DNA from: Octopus sinensis
Taxonomy: Eukaryota
NCBI RefSeq assembly: GCF_006345805.1
Contig: NC_043017.1
Location: 30,380,001-30,444,000, forward strand
Direction: 5' to 3'
Length of the DNA: 64,000 nucleotides
A model generated the notes under the pieces. It made no database searches, was not told the DNA's origin, and saw nothing but the letters and a program-made list of their open reading frames with translations. This document shows, piece by piece, positions 38,880 to 52,654 of this stretch. Made by a program: the position numbers and the translations under genes. Numbering within the stretch: position 1 is the first letter of the stretch; every line of letters begins with the position of its first letter.

Positions 38880-39325
38880 ACAATGTTCAGCGGTATTTCG
38901 TCCGTCCTTACTCCTCTAAGTCCAAATGTCCCCGAGGTCGAATTTGCCTTTCATTATTTCTGGGTCGGTAAAATAAGTACCAGTTGATTACCGGGGTCGT
39001 AGCAATCGACTCATTCTCTCCCATAAATTTCTGGTCTTTTGCCAAAATTTTAAATCAATATATAACAAATACCTTGGATTTTTTTGCAGAAAAGATTTAG
39101 AAGTAGGGCAAATCGAAAAAACAAAAACAAATATAATATCACCTAAATATTTAAAATAATATATTTGTAGATTACAGCGACCTCAGTGTTCTACTGGTAC
39201 TTATTTTATCTACACCGAAAGGTAATGTCGACCTCGGCGAAATTGAAACTCAGAACGTAGCGACAGGCGAAATACCGCGAAGCATTTCATCCAATTTTTT
39301 AACGATTCTGCCAGCTCGCCGCCTC
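38880..39325. mobile_element. Two degenerate SINE family A-related copies (38880-39050 plus, 39175-39325 minus)
   Basis: cggtatttcgtcc...gaggtcgaatttgcc and its reverse complement ending ttctgccagctcgccgcc. Confidence 0.75.
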
Positions 39326-40656
39326 TCCGATTTTTATTGTAATAATATTCATATATTTGAGTTAGTTCGTATAATACTTTTTTTCCTTGGTTAAGTCATT
39401 CTTTTATTATGTTTTTTTCCCCCACGGTAGTAGATGTGCAATACCTATAAGTGAATATATACCTCTATTTTCGTTGAACCAGTAAAGATGTTATTGACCC
39501 TTTTCGCAAAGAAGTCTTTAATCTTTGAATCCTTATGGAATCAGAGCGTAATTTCGCTAGACGCAAAATCTGGCAGCCACATGTCTTCAAGCTTACTGTT
39601 GAAAAAAGAAAAAAAAAAACCCCAAAAAAAGACGTTTCTCCTAAAAGCACAAAACCTCAGGAGCGCTCGCTTTTGCGTCTTCCAATATTATAGTGTAACG
39701 AAATTGCGCATGTTAATGCTTTCACGCAGGTTCTAAATATTAAGACCGAAAGACAGTCCGTTTGTCAAATTAGTTGTTAAATATCAAACTAGAATCTCCC
39801 TGCTGTATATATTATTTTCGATTGAAAATAGTTAGCGTTACACAGAACCAACAACTTAGAAATATTTTAGATTTGACTTTGACCCCTCACCCCAAACTTG
39901 CCTTTGTTTGAAAGAAAAATTCTGACATTTGGAGCAAAAAATTTCTTTGAATATATATTATTTGATATTATTTGTTTACAGTATTTCTTACTTCGCTATT
40001 GGTTTTGCTTAAAATATCCGTATCCTCGTCTCCCCGCAATATAGAAATTTATCCAAATGTATAAACTATGAGAAAACCGGTGATATATCATCAATATTGG
40101 CAAACTGACGGGACATTACCCATCAATCTTTAGATAAAGATCAAACTTTTGCGGTAATCAGTATTAACAGGGCATCGAGCAAATTCCAATACAGTTCCTC
40201 CTCCACTGCAAAATACACTCCACTATTTGTCATTGATGCCCGTTTTAGATTGCTTGTAGACTAATTCTTCATGATTGAATGCATTTTGCTCATAAAATAC
40301 ACGGTGCAGTCATTAATTTAGGTTTCCAAATTCATCCCTTAATCGGATCCTAAAAAGTATTTTTCAAGATGGATGGAAACTGCAGCTATAAATTATTTCT
40401 GAGATAAATATTATGAATCTAATACAGTGTATGTAATATAGAAATTTGCAATCTTCCTCAACTACCAAATAACTTGTATATAAATTGTGTGGTTTTCTAT
40501 ACAGCTATCGTTACTTAAGATTAATGCGCAATTTCCTTCCTGTCCAGGTGATATAGACATTTCTTGAAGATGTATTTATTGGCAACAATTTATCATTTAT
40601 GCCATCATTATATTTTCTTCTTTTTTGTTGTTGTTGTTGTTTTCTGTTTTGCAATA

Positions 40657-41274
40657 CAGCAATCCCTCGCCACATCGCGGTTCACCTATCGCGGTTTATT
40701 ATTGAAGCTTAGGTCGATACCTTTACAGTGTTGTTTTGCATTTATAATAATATATATATCTTTATATATAAAAGTCAAGTTGTGTGTCTGTCTCCTACGA
40801 TTTAGATTCCTAAATGCTCCCACATTTTGCGGTGCAGTGTAACCAAAACCGGGTATCTTATAGTCGTGATTCATATCGAGCCCTTCTGGGTATTAGCGCG
40901 CGTCTACGATGAGTCTACGATTTAAAAACAAAATTACCATAATTTTTTTCCATTTTAATGCATTTTTTTCGCTATTATATAAGGGAAGTAACTCTCTAAA
41001 AATGTCTACGATGAGTCAACGACTTTTAAAAAAAATTACCATCATTTTTTTCCATTTTTAATGCATTTTGTTGCTATTTTTTGGCTATAACTCTCTAAAA
41101 ATGCTTATATAGTTATTTCCCTTACAAACCCGAGCAACGCCGGGCGATACTGCTAGTATATATATAAATTACAAAAATAATAAGAGAATATACAGTACTG
41201 TTTCTACATCACGGATTTTCACCTATCGCGGGGGGTTTGGGAACGTAACACCCGCGATAGTTGAGAGATTCCTG
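40657..41274. mobile_element. Tigger/pogo-like MITE (TA TSD) hosting a Helitron
   Basis: TA|cagcaatccctcgccacatcgcgg at the left end and ccgcgatagttgagagattcctg|TA at the right end. Confidence 0.7.
40759..41156 (+). mobile_element. Non-autonomous Helitron (~400 bp)
   Basis: a|TCTTTATATATAAAA...cccgagcaacgccggg hairpin...CTAG|t. Near-colinear with 32074-32472. Confidence 0.9.
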
Positions 41275-41421
41275 TATATGGACCAAGAAGCAATTAAAGG
41301 AGATCATGCAATGTCACTTGTTCTACTAGAAATAACAGCCAAATGTACCCAAATCATAACCTAAAATCTTATGTAGGAAGGTCATAATGGATATATTATG
41401 TCTGAAAGGAAAATAAACATA

Positions 41422-41604
41422 GCCGTAGGAGTGGCTATGTGTTAAGTAGCTTAGTTATGAACCGCATGGTTCCGGGTTCAGTGCCACTGCGTGGTATCTT
41501 AGGCGAGTGTCTTCAACTATAACCTCGGGCCGACTAAAGCCTTGTGAGTGGATTTGGTAGACGGAAAATGAAAGAAGCCCGTCGTATATATATGTATATA
41601 TATA

Positions 41605-41674
<70 letters not shown>

Positions 41675-41972
41675 GTGTGTGTGTGTGTGTGTATGTGTGT
41701 GTATATATATATATGTATATATATGTGTATGTGTGTGTTTGAGTGCGCGTATATGTTTGTGTGTTTGTGTATGTTCAATCCCCCAACATCGTTTGACAAC
41801 TGATTCTGGTGTGTGTAACTTAGCGGTTTCCTCAAAAGAGACTGATAGAATAAGTACTAGGCTTACAAAGAATAAGTCTTGGGGTCGATTAGCTAAAACA
41901 AGTAAAAGAGCAAAAGAGTATATCTTCAGATTGATAGGTCGATTTGCTAAAATAAGTAAAAGAGTAAAAGAG
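41422..41972 (+). mobile_element. SINE family B with duplicated 3' end
   Basis: Family B head and body. gtcgattagctaaaa...gtaaaagag is repeated. Confidence 0.85.
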
Positions 41973-42409
41973 TAGATTGAACCGGAATATAAACAGAAGA
42001 AACCCCTAAATCATATCTTCTCCTGATATTTTTGCAGGGACACTTATTAAAGGGAACCTTGTGATATAATTTCAGGATTGTCAAAAAGCTTTCCATTTGT
42101 TGTGTAATATATTCAACATGTCATCTGAACCACACATCAATTTACATGTTACTAATATCACAGAGCCATTTCTCCCATTTCCATTGTGTTTTACGTTTAA
42201 CTTTGACAACTTAAAACGAGCCACGTTTATATATGCCTAAATATAAATGTAACCCTCTGTTTACCAGATTGACACATAAATCACAGCGTTTCGCCATGAA
42301 CAATAATATGTCTGAATAACGCCCTGAGTTGATACACTTTATTTCAAACTCCCTCCACCATATTAACTACTGCTAACATCGGTTTATAGTTTATATTCAT
42401 TTCAAATTT

Positions 42410-42680
42410 TGGCGCAAGACCAGCACTAATAAGGGTAAGGGTAACTGCTACTTATATTACCGACACTCAAAGGATAAAAAGCAGAGTCGACTTTAGTGGA
42501 GTCGACTCAGAACGTAAAGAGGGACGAGATGTAGACAAGCATTTTGCCAAGCGCGTTAACGATTCTGCCAGCTCACTGCCTTGTTCTAGCAATAAATGGA
42601 ATGAGGCCTTTACGCTCTAAGTTCAAATCCCTCCGAGGTCGACATTACTTTTTTCCTTTTCGGGTCGATCAAATGAGCAG
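42410..42680. mobile_element. Two degenerate SINE family A-related fragments in opposite orientation
   Basis: gactcagaacgtaaag...gattctgccagctc and ctctaagttcaaatccctccgaggtcgac. Confidence 0.65.
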
Positions 42681-42795
42681 CATAAGATAGGATTGGTTCC
42701 ATTCGTAAACTTAAGCTAAAACAATGCAAATTGCATTGTGACAAGCGATGTATAACAACATTCCGATAGTCTGGTCAAACCACACACACACACAG

Positions 42796-42880
<85 letters not shown>

Positions 42881-43056
42881 CGGAGTAAACACATAAATGT
42901 GAAACAAGGTGGAAAAAAGAGTACTCAAATACCAGTGGTAGAGTAATATATATATATATATATATTAATAAATATAAGGGTAGTAAAATATTCTAGAAAA
43001 AATTTTCCGCTACCAGCGGTCTAGTGAGAAAGGAAAAATAGTCAAAGACTATATAA

Positions 43057-43340
43057 TATACATTCAACAATATAAGGAATGGCCATATAGGACATTCGAC
43101 TCACTAGAAAGAGCAGCCAAAACTCATACCGCTAAATAGTTGTAATTCTGAAGTAGAAAGAGAAATAAAAACGTTTACCCCTTTCATCCCTTTCATGCAT
43201 AGTCCAGAGATGAAAGGGGTAAACGTTTTTATCTCTCTTTCTATTTCAGAATTACAACTATTTAGCGGTATGAGTTTTGGCTGCTCTTTCTAGTGAGTCG
43301 AATGTCCTATATGGCCATTCCTTATATTGTTGTATGTATA
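43057..43340. repeat. Near-perfect inverted repeat (~132-bp arms, 20-bp spacer)
   Basis: 43057-43188 versus 43209-43340, about 3 mismatches by eye. Confidence 0.95.
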
Positions 43341-44289
43341 TATATATGTATGTATGTATATGCATATATAATGTTCGTAGTCAGTTCAGAATGGCTGTCC
43401 GTTCGAACAGACAGCCATGTTGAAATGGCTCTGAACTTTTCTCGTTAGGACAACTACTGCGTTGATCTCTTAAGGAGATCTTAGAACTAGCATCTTTGCT
43501 TATATATATATATATATATATTTCTCCATATTTAAACAATCTCTTGTAAATAAAGTTACCCTACTCTTCACATTGAATATGATAGCGCTTACGTCATTTA
43601 AATATTAACTATCCAGGTAGAACTTGAGACAGTTTCCTACTAACGTCTATAAAATAAAATAGATAAATATTAGTCTACTACGAAAATTTTCTGTCAGTTT
43701 AGTGAATTATTAATAACGAATTTCTTTCATATCAACTTTGTAGAAGAAAAAGAACTGTATATTTAAACTTTAATATCTTTACTCTGACTTGCACACGTAA
43801 AAGGTATTGAATGAAATAAAATAAAAATAAAAGTAAAGACTGACAGACGGAAGCATACTGTCTGCTGGATAAATATAGAGGCGAAAGAGCAAAGCGCCTG
43901 CGAACGCATGCAGACATACGAATGGAAATACGAATACACATACACACGCACTTAAATAGAGAAGGGTGAAGATTGGATAAATTTAGCAAGAGGAACAAAG
44001 AGGAGTTTTTTAATGTATCTAATTATCTTCTTATATTTTTTGCATATAAAATATAAAAATATATCACATTTTAACTTGTGAAAGGAATAGAAAGCGAACG
44101 GACTACATTGAAAAGTTTTCCTCTATGAATAAAAAACGATGTTGTCTCGCTTGTCAATATCTGGACTAGAAATTGTGCGTTGTGGGTTGTCTTTTTTCAG
44201 CAATGATTTGTACGATGTATACAAGAAAGATATGAAGTCAGGAATTGTGTTGTATGATAGTCGGAGAATGGGTTTCGTTAATAATACTT

Positions 44290-44687
44290 GGATTTTTTCG
44301 GTTTGAACTGCAGTTTTTAACATAATTTCAAGGTAACTAAAAAATGTTTAACTTCGTATACTGGTAGAATGTGTTTATAAAACATTTTTTTCTCTTGGCT
44401 TTATTGAGAAAATTCTATAGTTTGTAAGATATTTGTTGTTTTTTTTCTTCAATTTCTGCAATTTCAACCAATCAGTGACGTCTATTGAGTTAAAAAGCAT
44501 TCTGTGCCGTATGAATATGTCCCTCGTTTAAGAAATAGATTGGGTTTATTTACATTTGCGAAGGAGAAAAGATACCCTTCCCCCACCCCGAACCCTAAAG
44601 GAGATTGAAATACAATAGATCGATTCTAGGGTCATAATTATAGGTGGCAATTTCATATGACACCGATAGAGAAAAACGAAAAGATCC
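44290..44687. mobile_element. GGATC-TIR MITE (right TIR shortened)
   Basis: Family body, with flanks taatactt and taaaactt (7/8 match). Confidence 0.9.
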
Positions 44688-44702
44688 TAAAACTTTGTAC
44701 TG

Positions 44703-45453
44703 TAGGCACAAGGTCAGGACTATGGAGAAGGGGACCAGTTCATTACATCGATCCTAGTGTTTCACTGGTACATAATTTATAAATCCCGAAATGATGAAAG
44801 GCAATGTCGATCTCGGCGGAATTTGAAATCAGAACGTAACGGCGGATGAAATACCTATTTCTATACTACCCAAAAGAGCTAAATACAGAGAGGACAAACA
44901 AAGACAGACAAAGGGATTAAGTCGATTATATCGACCCCAGTGCGTAACTGGTACTTATTTAATCGACCCCGAAACAACGAAAGGCAAAGTTGACCTCGGG
45001 GGAATTTGATCTCAGAACGTAGCAGCGGATGAAATACCTATTTCATTACTACCCACGATGGGCTAAATACAGAGAGGACAAACAAGGATAGACAAACGGA
45101 TTAAGTCGTTTATATTGACCCCAGTGCGTAACTGGTACTTAATTTATTGACCCCGAAAGGATGAAAGACAAAATCGAGCTCGGCGGAATTTGAACTCAGA
45201 ACGTAGCGGCAGACGAAATACCTTTTTCTTTACTACCCACAAGGGGTCTAAACAGAGAGACGACAATCAAGGACAGACAAACGTATGAAGTCGATTACAT
45301 CGATCCCAGTGCGTAACTGGTACTTAATTTATCGACCCCGAAAAGATGAAAGGCAAAGTCGACCTCGGCGGAATTTGAACTCTGAACGTAACGGCGGACG
45401 AAATATTGCTGAGCATTTCGCCCGACGTGCTAACGTTTGTGCCAGCTCGCTGC
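44703..45453 (-). mobile_element. SINE family A multimer (head plus about four body units)
   Basis: Four ggaatttga..(c/t)(a/t)gaacgta B-box copies about 184 bp apart. Confidence 0.9.
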
Positions 45454-46209
45454 TTTGGGTTTCGTTTATAAATTGCTGCTGTCTCTGCCTCTTACCATCC
45501 AGGACTCAGCATAGAGCATACCAGTGACACAGAATCTATCCCTAACGGTAAAAGATTCCAAGCTGGAAATCATTGAAGCATGAAATCAGTACGAACTTCT
45601 ATAAGAAAGTTCCTTGATGTTCCTTACTCTAGTCTGAACGTATTTATAGCAAGCGGTTCTGCTTTTTATTTTTACTACCGACGAGCCTAGCGAATCGTTA
45701 CTGCACCGGATACAAAGTTTAAGAGTATTTCTTCTACGCTCCGAACTAAATTACGACCGCGGACAACTTTGCTTTTCATCGTTTCGGAATGTAGAAAATA
45801 ATGTACCAGTTGAATACTTGGGTCGATGTAATGGAGTAAACCCTCACCAAAAGTTTCAGGCGGCCTTGTGAGTATAGAGTAGAAAAACTATGTCTTTACC
45901 AGTAGGAATGTATGGGGGAATATCTGTAATCGGAAGTACCATTACCGAAATGTGTTGCAGAAGCAACATTCCATACACACACACACTCACACACGCAAAC
46001 ACACACACCACCACCACCACCACACCATATACCACACACACACACACTCGCGCACACATAAGTATGGTGGGAGCAGTTTTCAGAGGCATATCGATGTTAG
46101 AGTCGGAAAGCCGTGTGTTCGATATATATTTCGGTAATTTACTATTATTGTGATTGGGTGGTGTGGCGAGGGTATTTATTTTCTACGGCAAGCTTTAGAA
46201 AATAAATAA

Positions 46210-46794
46210 GGCGGCGCGCTGGCAGAAGCGTTAGCACGACGGGCGAAATTTTTAGCGGTATTTCGTCTGCGTTACTTTGTGAGTTTAAATTCCGTCGAGG
46301 TCGACTTTGCCTTTCATCCTTTCGGGATCGATTACATAAGTACCAGTTACACACTGGCGTCGATATAATTGACTTAATCCATTTGTTTGTCCAGTCTGTG
46401 TTTAGCCCCTTGTGGGTAGTAAAGAAATAGGCATTTCGTCTGCCGTTACGTTCTGGGTTCAAATTCCGCCGAGGTCGACTTTGCCTTTCATCCTTTCGGC
46501 GTCGATAAATTAAGTACCAGTTACGTACTGGGGTCGATGTAATCGACTTAATCTCTTTGTCTGTCCTTGTTTGTCCCCTCTATGTTTAGCCCCTTGTGGG
46601 TAGTAAAGAAATAGGTATTTCGTCTGCCGTTACGTTCTGGGTTCAAATTCCGCCGAGGTCGACTTTGCCTTTCATCCTTTCGGGATCGATTACATAAGTA
46701 CCAGTTACGCACTGGCGTCCATATAATTAACTTCATCCGTTTGTTTGTCCTGTCTGTGTTTAGCCCCTTGTGGGTAGTAAAACAATAGGCATTT
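46210..46794 (+). mobile_element. SINE family A multimer (head plus three body units)
   Basis: Junctions aaatagg(c/t)atttcgtctgccg at ~46425 and ~46610. Confidence 0.9.
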
Positions 46795-48855
46795 ACTTTC
46801 TACGCATTCTACGTATATCAAAACCTTTTCATTCAGCGAAAACTGTAAACCATCGTAAGGATTACTAGCAGGAATACATCCAAATCCCTATCTTGGTTTC
46901 TACTGCGAACTTGGAGACGATGCATGATTGCTGTATATACGTAGATTTGGCATTGTATGAAGAGATTACCAACAGTAGATTAAGAAATCTCAACAAGTGT
47001 CATCTTACTTTTAGTACAAATTGGTGCTGTTATCACACACCTCTGTGATTGTCAATTTGATATCACGTAGTGAGGGAATCAATGTTGCTGATTGGATTTA
47101 TGCTAATCCTGGACGGTCTTGAATATTTAGAAATAGAAGCTTTGCTCTTTACAAGAATTTCAGAAGACGATCTTTTAATCCATATATTTAGAGGAGAACG
47201 TACAGGGATTTCAGATACGAGCCACTCTTTCACTCACTCTCTCACACTCTATTTTACCAGCTCTCACACTCTCTCTCTCTCTAACTAGGCAGAGCGAGAG
47301 AGAGAGTTAAGAAAATCAAAGAATAGCTTTGAAAATGGCTTTCAAAAATAGGGTAAAGACACCCGTATGTCAGTCAGACTTACGCGGGCAGAAACTCAAT
47401 TTCGAAAGACGAAGTGAGATGTTCGAGGCTTTATTCGGTCAGATTTATAAGAATGGCTTGTGCTGTGGTCAAATATTGTGTACCAGTGTGAGTATATTGG
47501 GCATCAATAAATTCTTTTTAGAGATGTTGCCTTCTAAACAGTTGGTGATAAGAAAGGTTTCGGCGTTTTAAAATTGGTGGAAATCTAAAAGTGTCAGTTC
47601 TTACGCCGCTCCTCCTACAACTGTTCTGGGCTAAGGTCTACAGTAATATTGAACCACGGTAAAGATTTTAAGATGAATTGCGTTGTATTGCAAACCCAAA
47701 TACTTCGAACGTGTTGATCAAGTTGGTTCTTTATACGTTGCATGGTTTCTTGGATAGTGAATTTTTGTATAAAGCCAGCAAAATTTTAACTTGGGCAAAT
47801 AAATGCATTTGATTAAATAAAGGCATCTGCTACTGCCTTGTGTGACGCTGCCTTTTAAAAGCGCGCATGTGAATGTATATATTGACAAATTGCGCGTCAC
47901 TCAATCTAAATCAGTCACAATTGGAGATTTAAATTGCTTTGGGAATAAATACAGAATAAATATATTCAAAAGTGGTTTAGATACACATAATAAATGTGGG
48001 GTGAGATTAATTATAGAAAGGACCAAAAGTGACAATAGAAATATTAAATTAAATTTATCTAATGCTCATGATACAATCCGTGTAAATGTATATCCCTGGT
48101 TACACTTTGAATAGAAACTTGAGCAAATATTTTCGCAATTATGCCTGCTGTGAATTAATGAAAGCAAGTCTTCTCGGCATTGAATTGTGGGCTATGGACT
48201 GTCATGTGTCATATTTGCGTGTAAAAAAAAACAAGCTCATAATAGAGTTGTAAAATAGATCTTAGGAGAGGTTAGAAAAACAGTTAGATCAAACTTTTAT
48301 TAAATGAATTAAATGAAGTCACGGGTTCATGAAACAACAATCCGTATTTTGTACAACGAAAGTTTGAATAAATTCCCTCCCAACAGGCCCCTAGCAACAC
48401 AGTCCATAAGAAAGCAGTGCAAGGAACATAATCTGCAATCTAAATTTTCATACATTAGCAACAAATACAATTACAAACTCTTACAGACGAAGCGAAGAAA
48501 AGAAATGCGTCGTGGATTCATTGTTAAAAAATGCTCACTAACTTACGCGCTATCAGTATCACATTTAAGGTTTGTGTTTTGTTGAAACAGTCCAGTTAGG
48601 TATTTCGTCAAAAGAAGGCTGCCTTTAAAAACAAATATTGTTATAAGACATAGTATACTTCAAATCGAGTCGAATGGAAACCACCCGTGAAGTGGAGCAT
48701 GTCCAGAAAAGCGTTTAGCATATATATAATCAACGTGATGTAGAAGCTGTGTTAGGCAGTTTTCTTCTATAGCGAAATCCATCTTCTCTCTATGTGTCCG
48801 AGTGTTTTCATTCATTGTGGATCGGCGGCCTGACTGTGAATTGTGAGTGACTTAC

Positions 48856-48918
48856 GTCTACTCGGACGAGATTCATTCTCAACTTTCTCTCACGTAGACC
48901 TTCAGCATCTTGCTCAGA
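48856..48918 (-). other. Candidate 63-nt exon (phase 0-0; SEQDAEGLRERKLRMNLVRVD)
   Basis: Acceptor tgtttttcttag and donor GAC|gtaagt, with one open frame. No homology recognised. Confidence 0.3.
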
Positions 48919-50308
48919 CTAAGAAAAACATGCGAAAACTAGACAGGAGTTACTGCAAGAAACCGCAAAATTTCTTATAATCATGCACTACAGAGTCCAA
49001 AATGGAGGTATTTTTTCAGATCCTAAATAGAGTGCACTCTTCTCTTAGTTGCTGATATATGTACTATGATAAGAGAACATCAATATTCCCTTGATAATAT
49101 GTACGCTAGTCTCCTGAAGATGGGGCAAAATATTACAAGGCGTGAGTACAGGCCGAAAGCGGAAACTGAAGGGCATATTCAGTCAATGTATTTTACGTCT
49201 TCTTTTAACGTGTGTGAGTGTGTGATGTGTGTGTGTATGTGTGTGCGTGCGTGTGTGTGCTTATATACTTATATACGCGCAAATACTGACGAAGTGAAGC
49301 ACACATAAGTATGTTTGAAATGTTACTTCATCAAAAACTTAAAACGTTATCACAATCCATTCAGACTGGATAAGTGTTTTCACATGAAATTGACTCAAAT
49401 TTCATTTATTTTCTCATGCACATTGAAGGTTGCTTATAATCAAAAGGATACTTATCACATCGGATTAACTATGAACCATTTTAAACCGAGGTACTTGAAG
49501 CCTAATCACACATTCTAGAATTTTCTGCACAAACAATTTCCTTCTAGCCTCATGGCTCCTGATATACGTCTTTTAAAAGTAATTACTTACCCTACAATAT
49601 TTATGCCACCTCATGCAGCCTGCCATAAGATACACAGAATGAAATTAATTCCGTAATACAAGCATTATTGAAAATACTTCCTATTAAAACGCCATAATAA
49701 AACGTAGGACACGACACACAATATAAGCCCGATTAAATAACGTTATAGCGAAACCACGCTTACTCATTTCATCTATACGAAGAGAAAAACCCAAACTATA
49801 TTATTAAACAATGCAGCTATCTAACCTTCTCTTCAATAAAGTTCTCCCACTCTATTTCGTATAAACACTAATAGTGACATATACTAAATATGAAATCACT
49901 GTTGGCACGGCTCTGCTTTTCTCCTAGAAACACATCGATATTTTTAATAACGTTACACGTTACACATGATCAAACCATTGGAACCCATAAGCGCATATAC
50001 TTCCGGAACACACGCAATCTCACACCTGATCAACTAATCAGTCAATACAACATGGAAAGATGATTACACATATTAAATCTGCGACTTAAATAATTAATTG
50101 CAATATCTAAATATATAAGAGGGAAATAAAATCTCTTCGCTGCCTAACTAGACTATTGATGACGGAGCGAATTGTGAAGTGAATGCATAATATTTAGATA
50201 TTAATAATCACCTTTCTCTCTATATACATTCATACATGCATACGTTATGCTTGCATACTTAGGTACACACACAGCACACACACATACACACAAACGTATA
50301 TACGCACA

Positions 50309-50788
<480 letters not shown>

Positions 50789-50991
50789 TAATATGTTCAA
50801 TAAGAAATAATTATTTTCGAAATTTTTTCTCTTATGAGGTTTTTACGCTATCTACCTGACAATTTCTTGTTAAGTTTTCCTTATTAAGTAGTTGTCCTTA
50901 TTGCTATATATATATATATGTATATGCACATATATATGCATACAGATATGCATACATACGTGAATACACGTTTGTATATATATATATATAT

Positions 50992-51036
<45 letters not shown>

Positions 51037-51162
51037 TAGATAGATAGATAGATATACAAATATATACATAAATCACACATACATAAATATATCTATATAT
51101 GTGCGTATATATATACACACAGATATAGATACATAGATACACAGACACATTATATATATATG

Positions 51163-51194
<32 letters not shown>

Positions 51195-51203
51195 ATATAT
51201 ATA

Positions 51204-51255
<52 letters not shown>

Positions 51256-52332
51256 TATATATATATACATGCACACATACATACATACATACATAAATGC
51301 ATACATACATACATACATAAATACATATACATATTTTAAAGCCTCACAACCGTTATTAAACCTGGTCAAATCCAAAACTAATCTACGCAGATTTGAAAGT
51401 ATTTCCCCCATAAATAATTCCGTAACAAATCTCTCACAAAATCCCTGCAAAAATCACCAAACACGCACGAATATTATATCCCTCCATGTGATTGCTGAGA
51501 AATTACTTAGCTGCTTCAACATTACCTAACGCATTTCCCCATACCACATATTTTGATTCCATCCCCAGAAAGGGCACCAATCTCCGATTGAAAACCCTGC
51601 ATTTTATTTGGCTCTATTCCTATGATGTTACTTTTGCCCTTCACATTTTACCCTGCCAATTTTCTATCAAATATTAAATTTTCTGTTATTCATGTGCGAT
51701 TTTGATGTCACAATTGCATTTTTCTTACACTCTGCTTCCTCCTATTACTCCATACCATTTCTGTTCTTGCTGCAGAAGAACTGATGTCAGCAATAATCTA
51801 AGGTACACCAATCATTCATCTATTAAACTAATATTTTTTTTTTATTATCAATAACTTCTTTACTGATATTTTAACAGATTGTTTTTTTAATTCTGGTATT
51901 TTATATAAATGCACATGTAAACACAATCATCTCTAAGGCACTTATACCATTTAGATATTCACAATTTTTCTACGACAGCAAAACAAGATACGTAATAGAC
52001 AAAGAATGAAGCAAAACCGTTTAAGTTAAGATACACAAAAAAAGGTGTCAGTTCTGTCACATCCTTTACTATATTACACATATAATCAGATCTACTTTAA
52101 AATATGAAGCACAGCAAATACTCATCGTGATTGTATTTTCAGTGCAATCCACTGGAAGGACTTTCGAAGCTTACATGCCAAATATCATATTAAAACGCGC
52201 GCGCGCACGCATGCACACGAATGCACACACAAAATTATATATATATGTATGTATGTATGTATGTATATGTATATTCATTAAGGCAATCACGAAAAATACA
52301 TACACACACATATGTATGTATATATATATATG

Positions 52333-52396
52333 GAGATAGATAGATAGATAGATTAGATAGATAGATAGATAAATAGATAGATAGATTGATAGATAG

Positions 52397-52449
<53 letters not shown>

Positions 52450-52476
52450 TATAGATAGATAGATAGATAGATAGAT

Positions 52477-52508
<32 letters not shown>

Positions 52509-52512
52509 ATAT

Positions 52513-52559
<47 letters not shown>

Positions 52560-52576
52560 GATAGATAGATAGAAAG

Positions 52577-52643
<67 letters not shown>

Positions 52644-52654
52644 GATAGATAGAT
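52333..52654. repeat. (AGAT)n microsatellite at the 3' junction of Tx1 copy 1
   Basis: Directly visible. Confidence 0.97.

Noticed and set aside
39465-39593. Minus-strand exon-like segment with MWLPD resembling the Cys-loop receptor WxPD motif
   Set aside because: There is an in-frame stop 10 codons after the motif's Met and no other family motif.
40000-40420. Protein-like minus-strand translation (LHRVFYEQNAF…GGGTVLEFARCP)
   Set aside because: Stop density is about what random AT-rich DNA gives, and no motif is recognisable.
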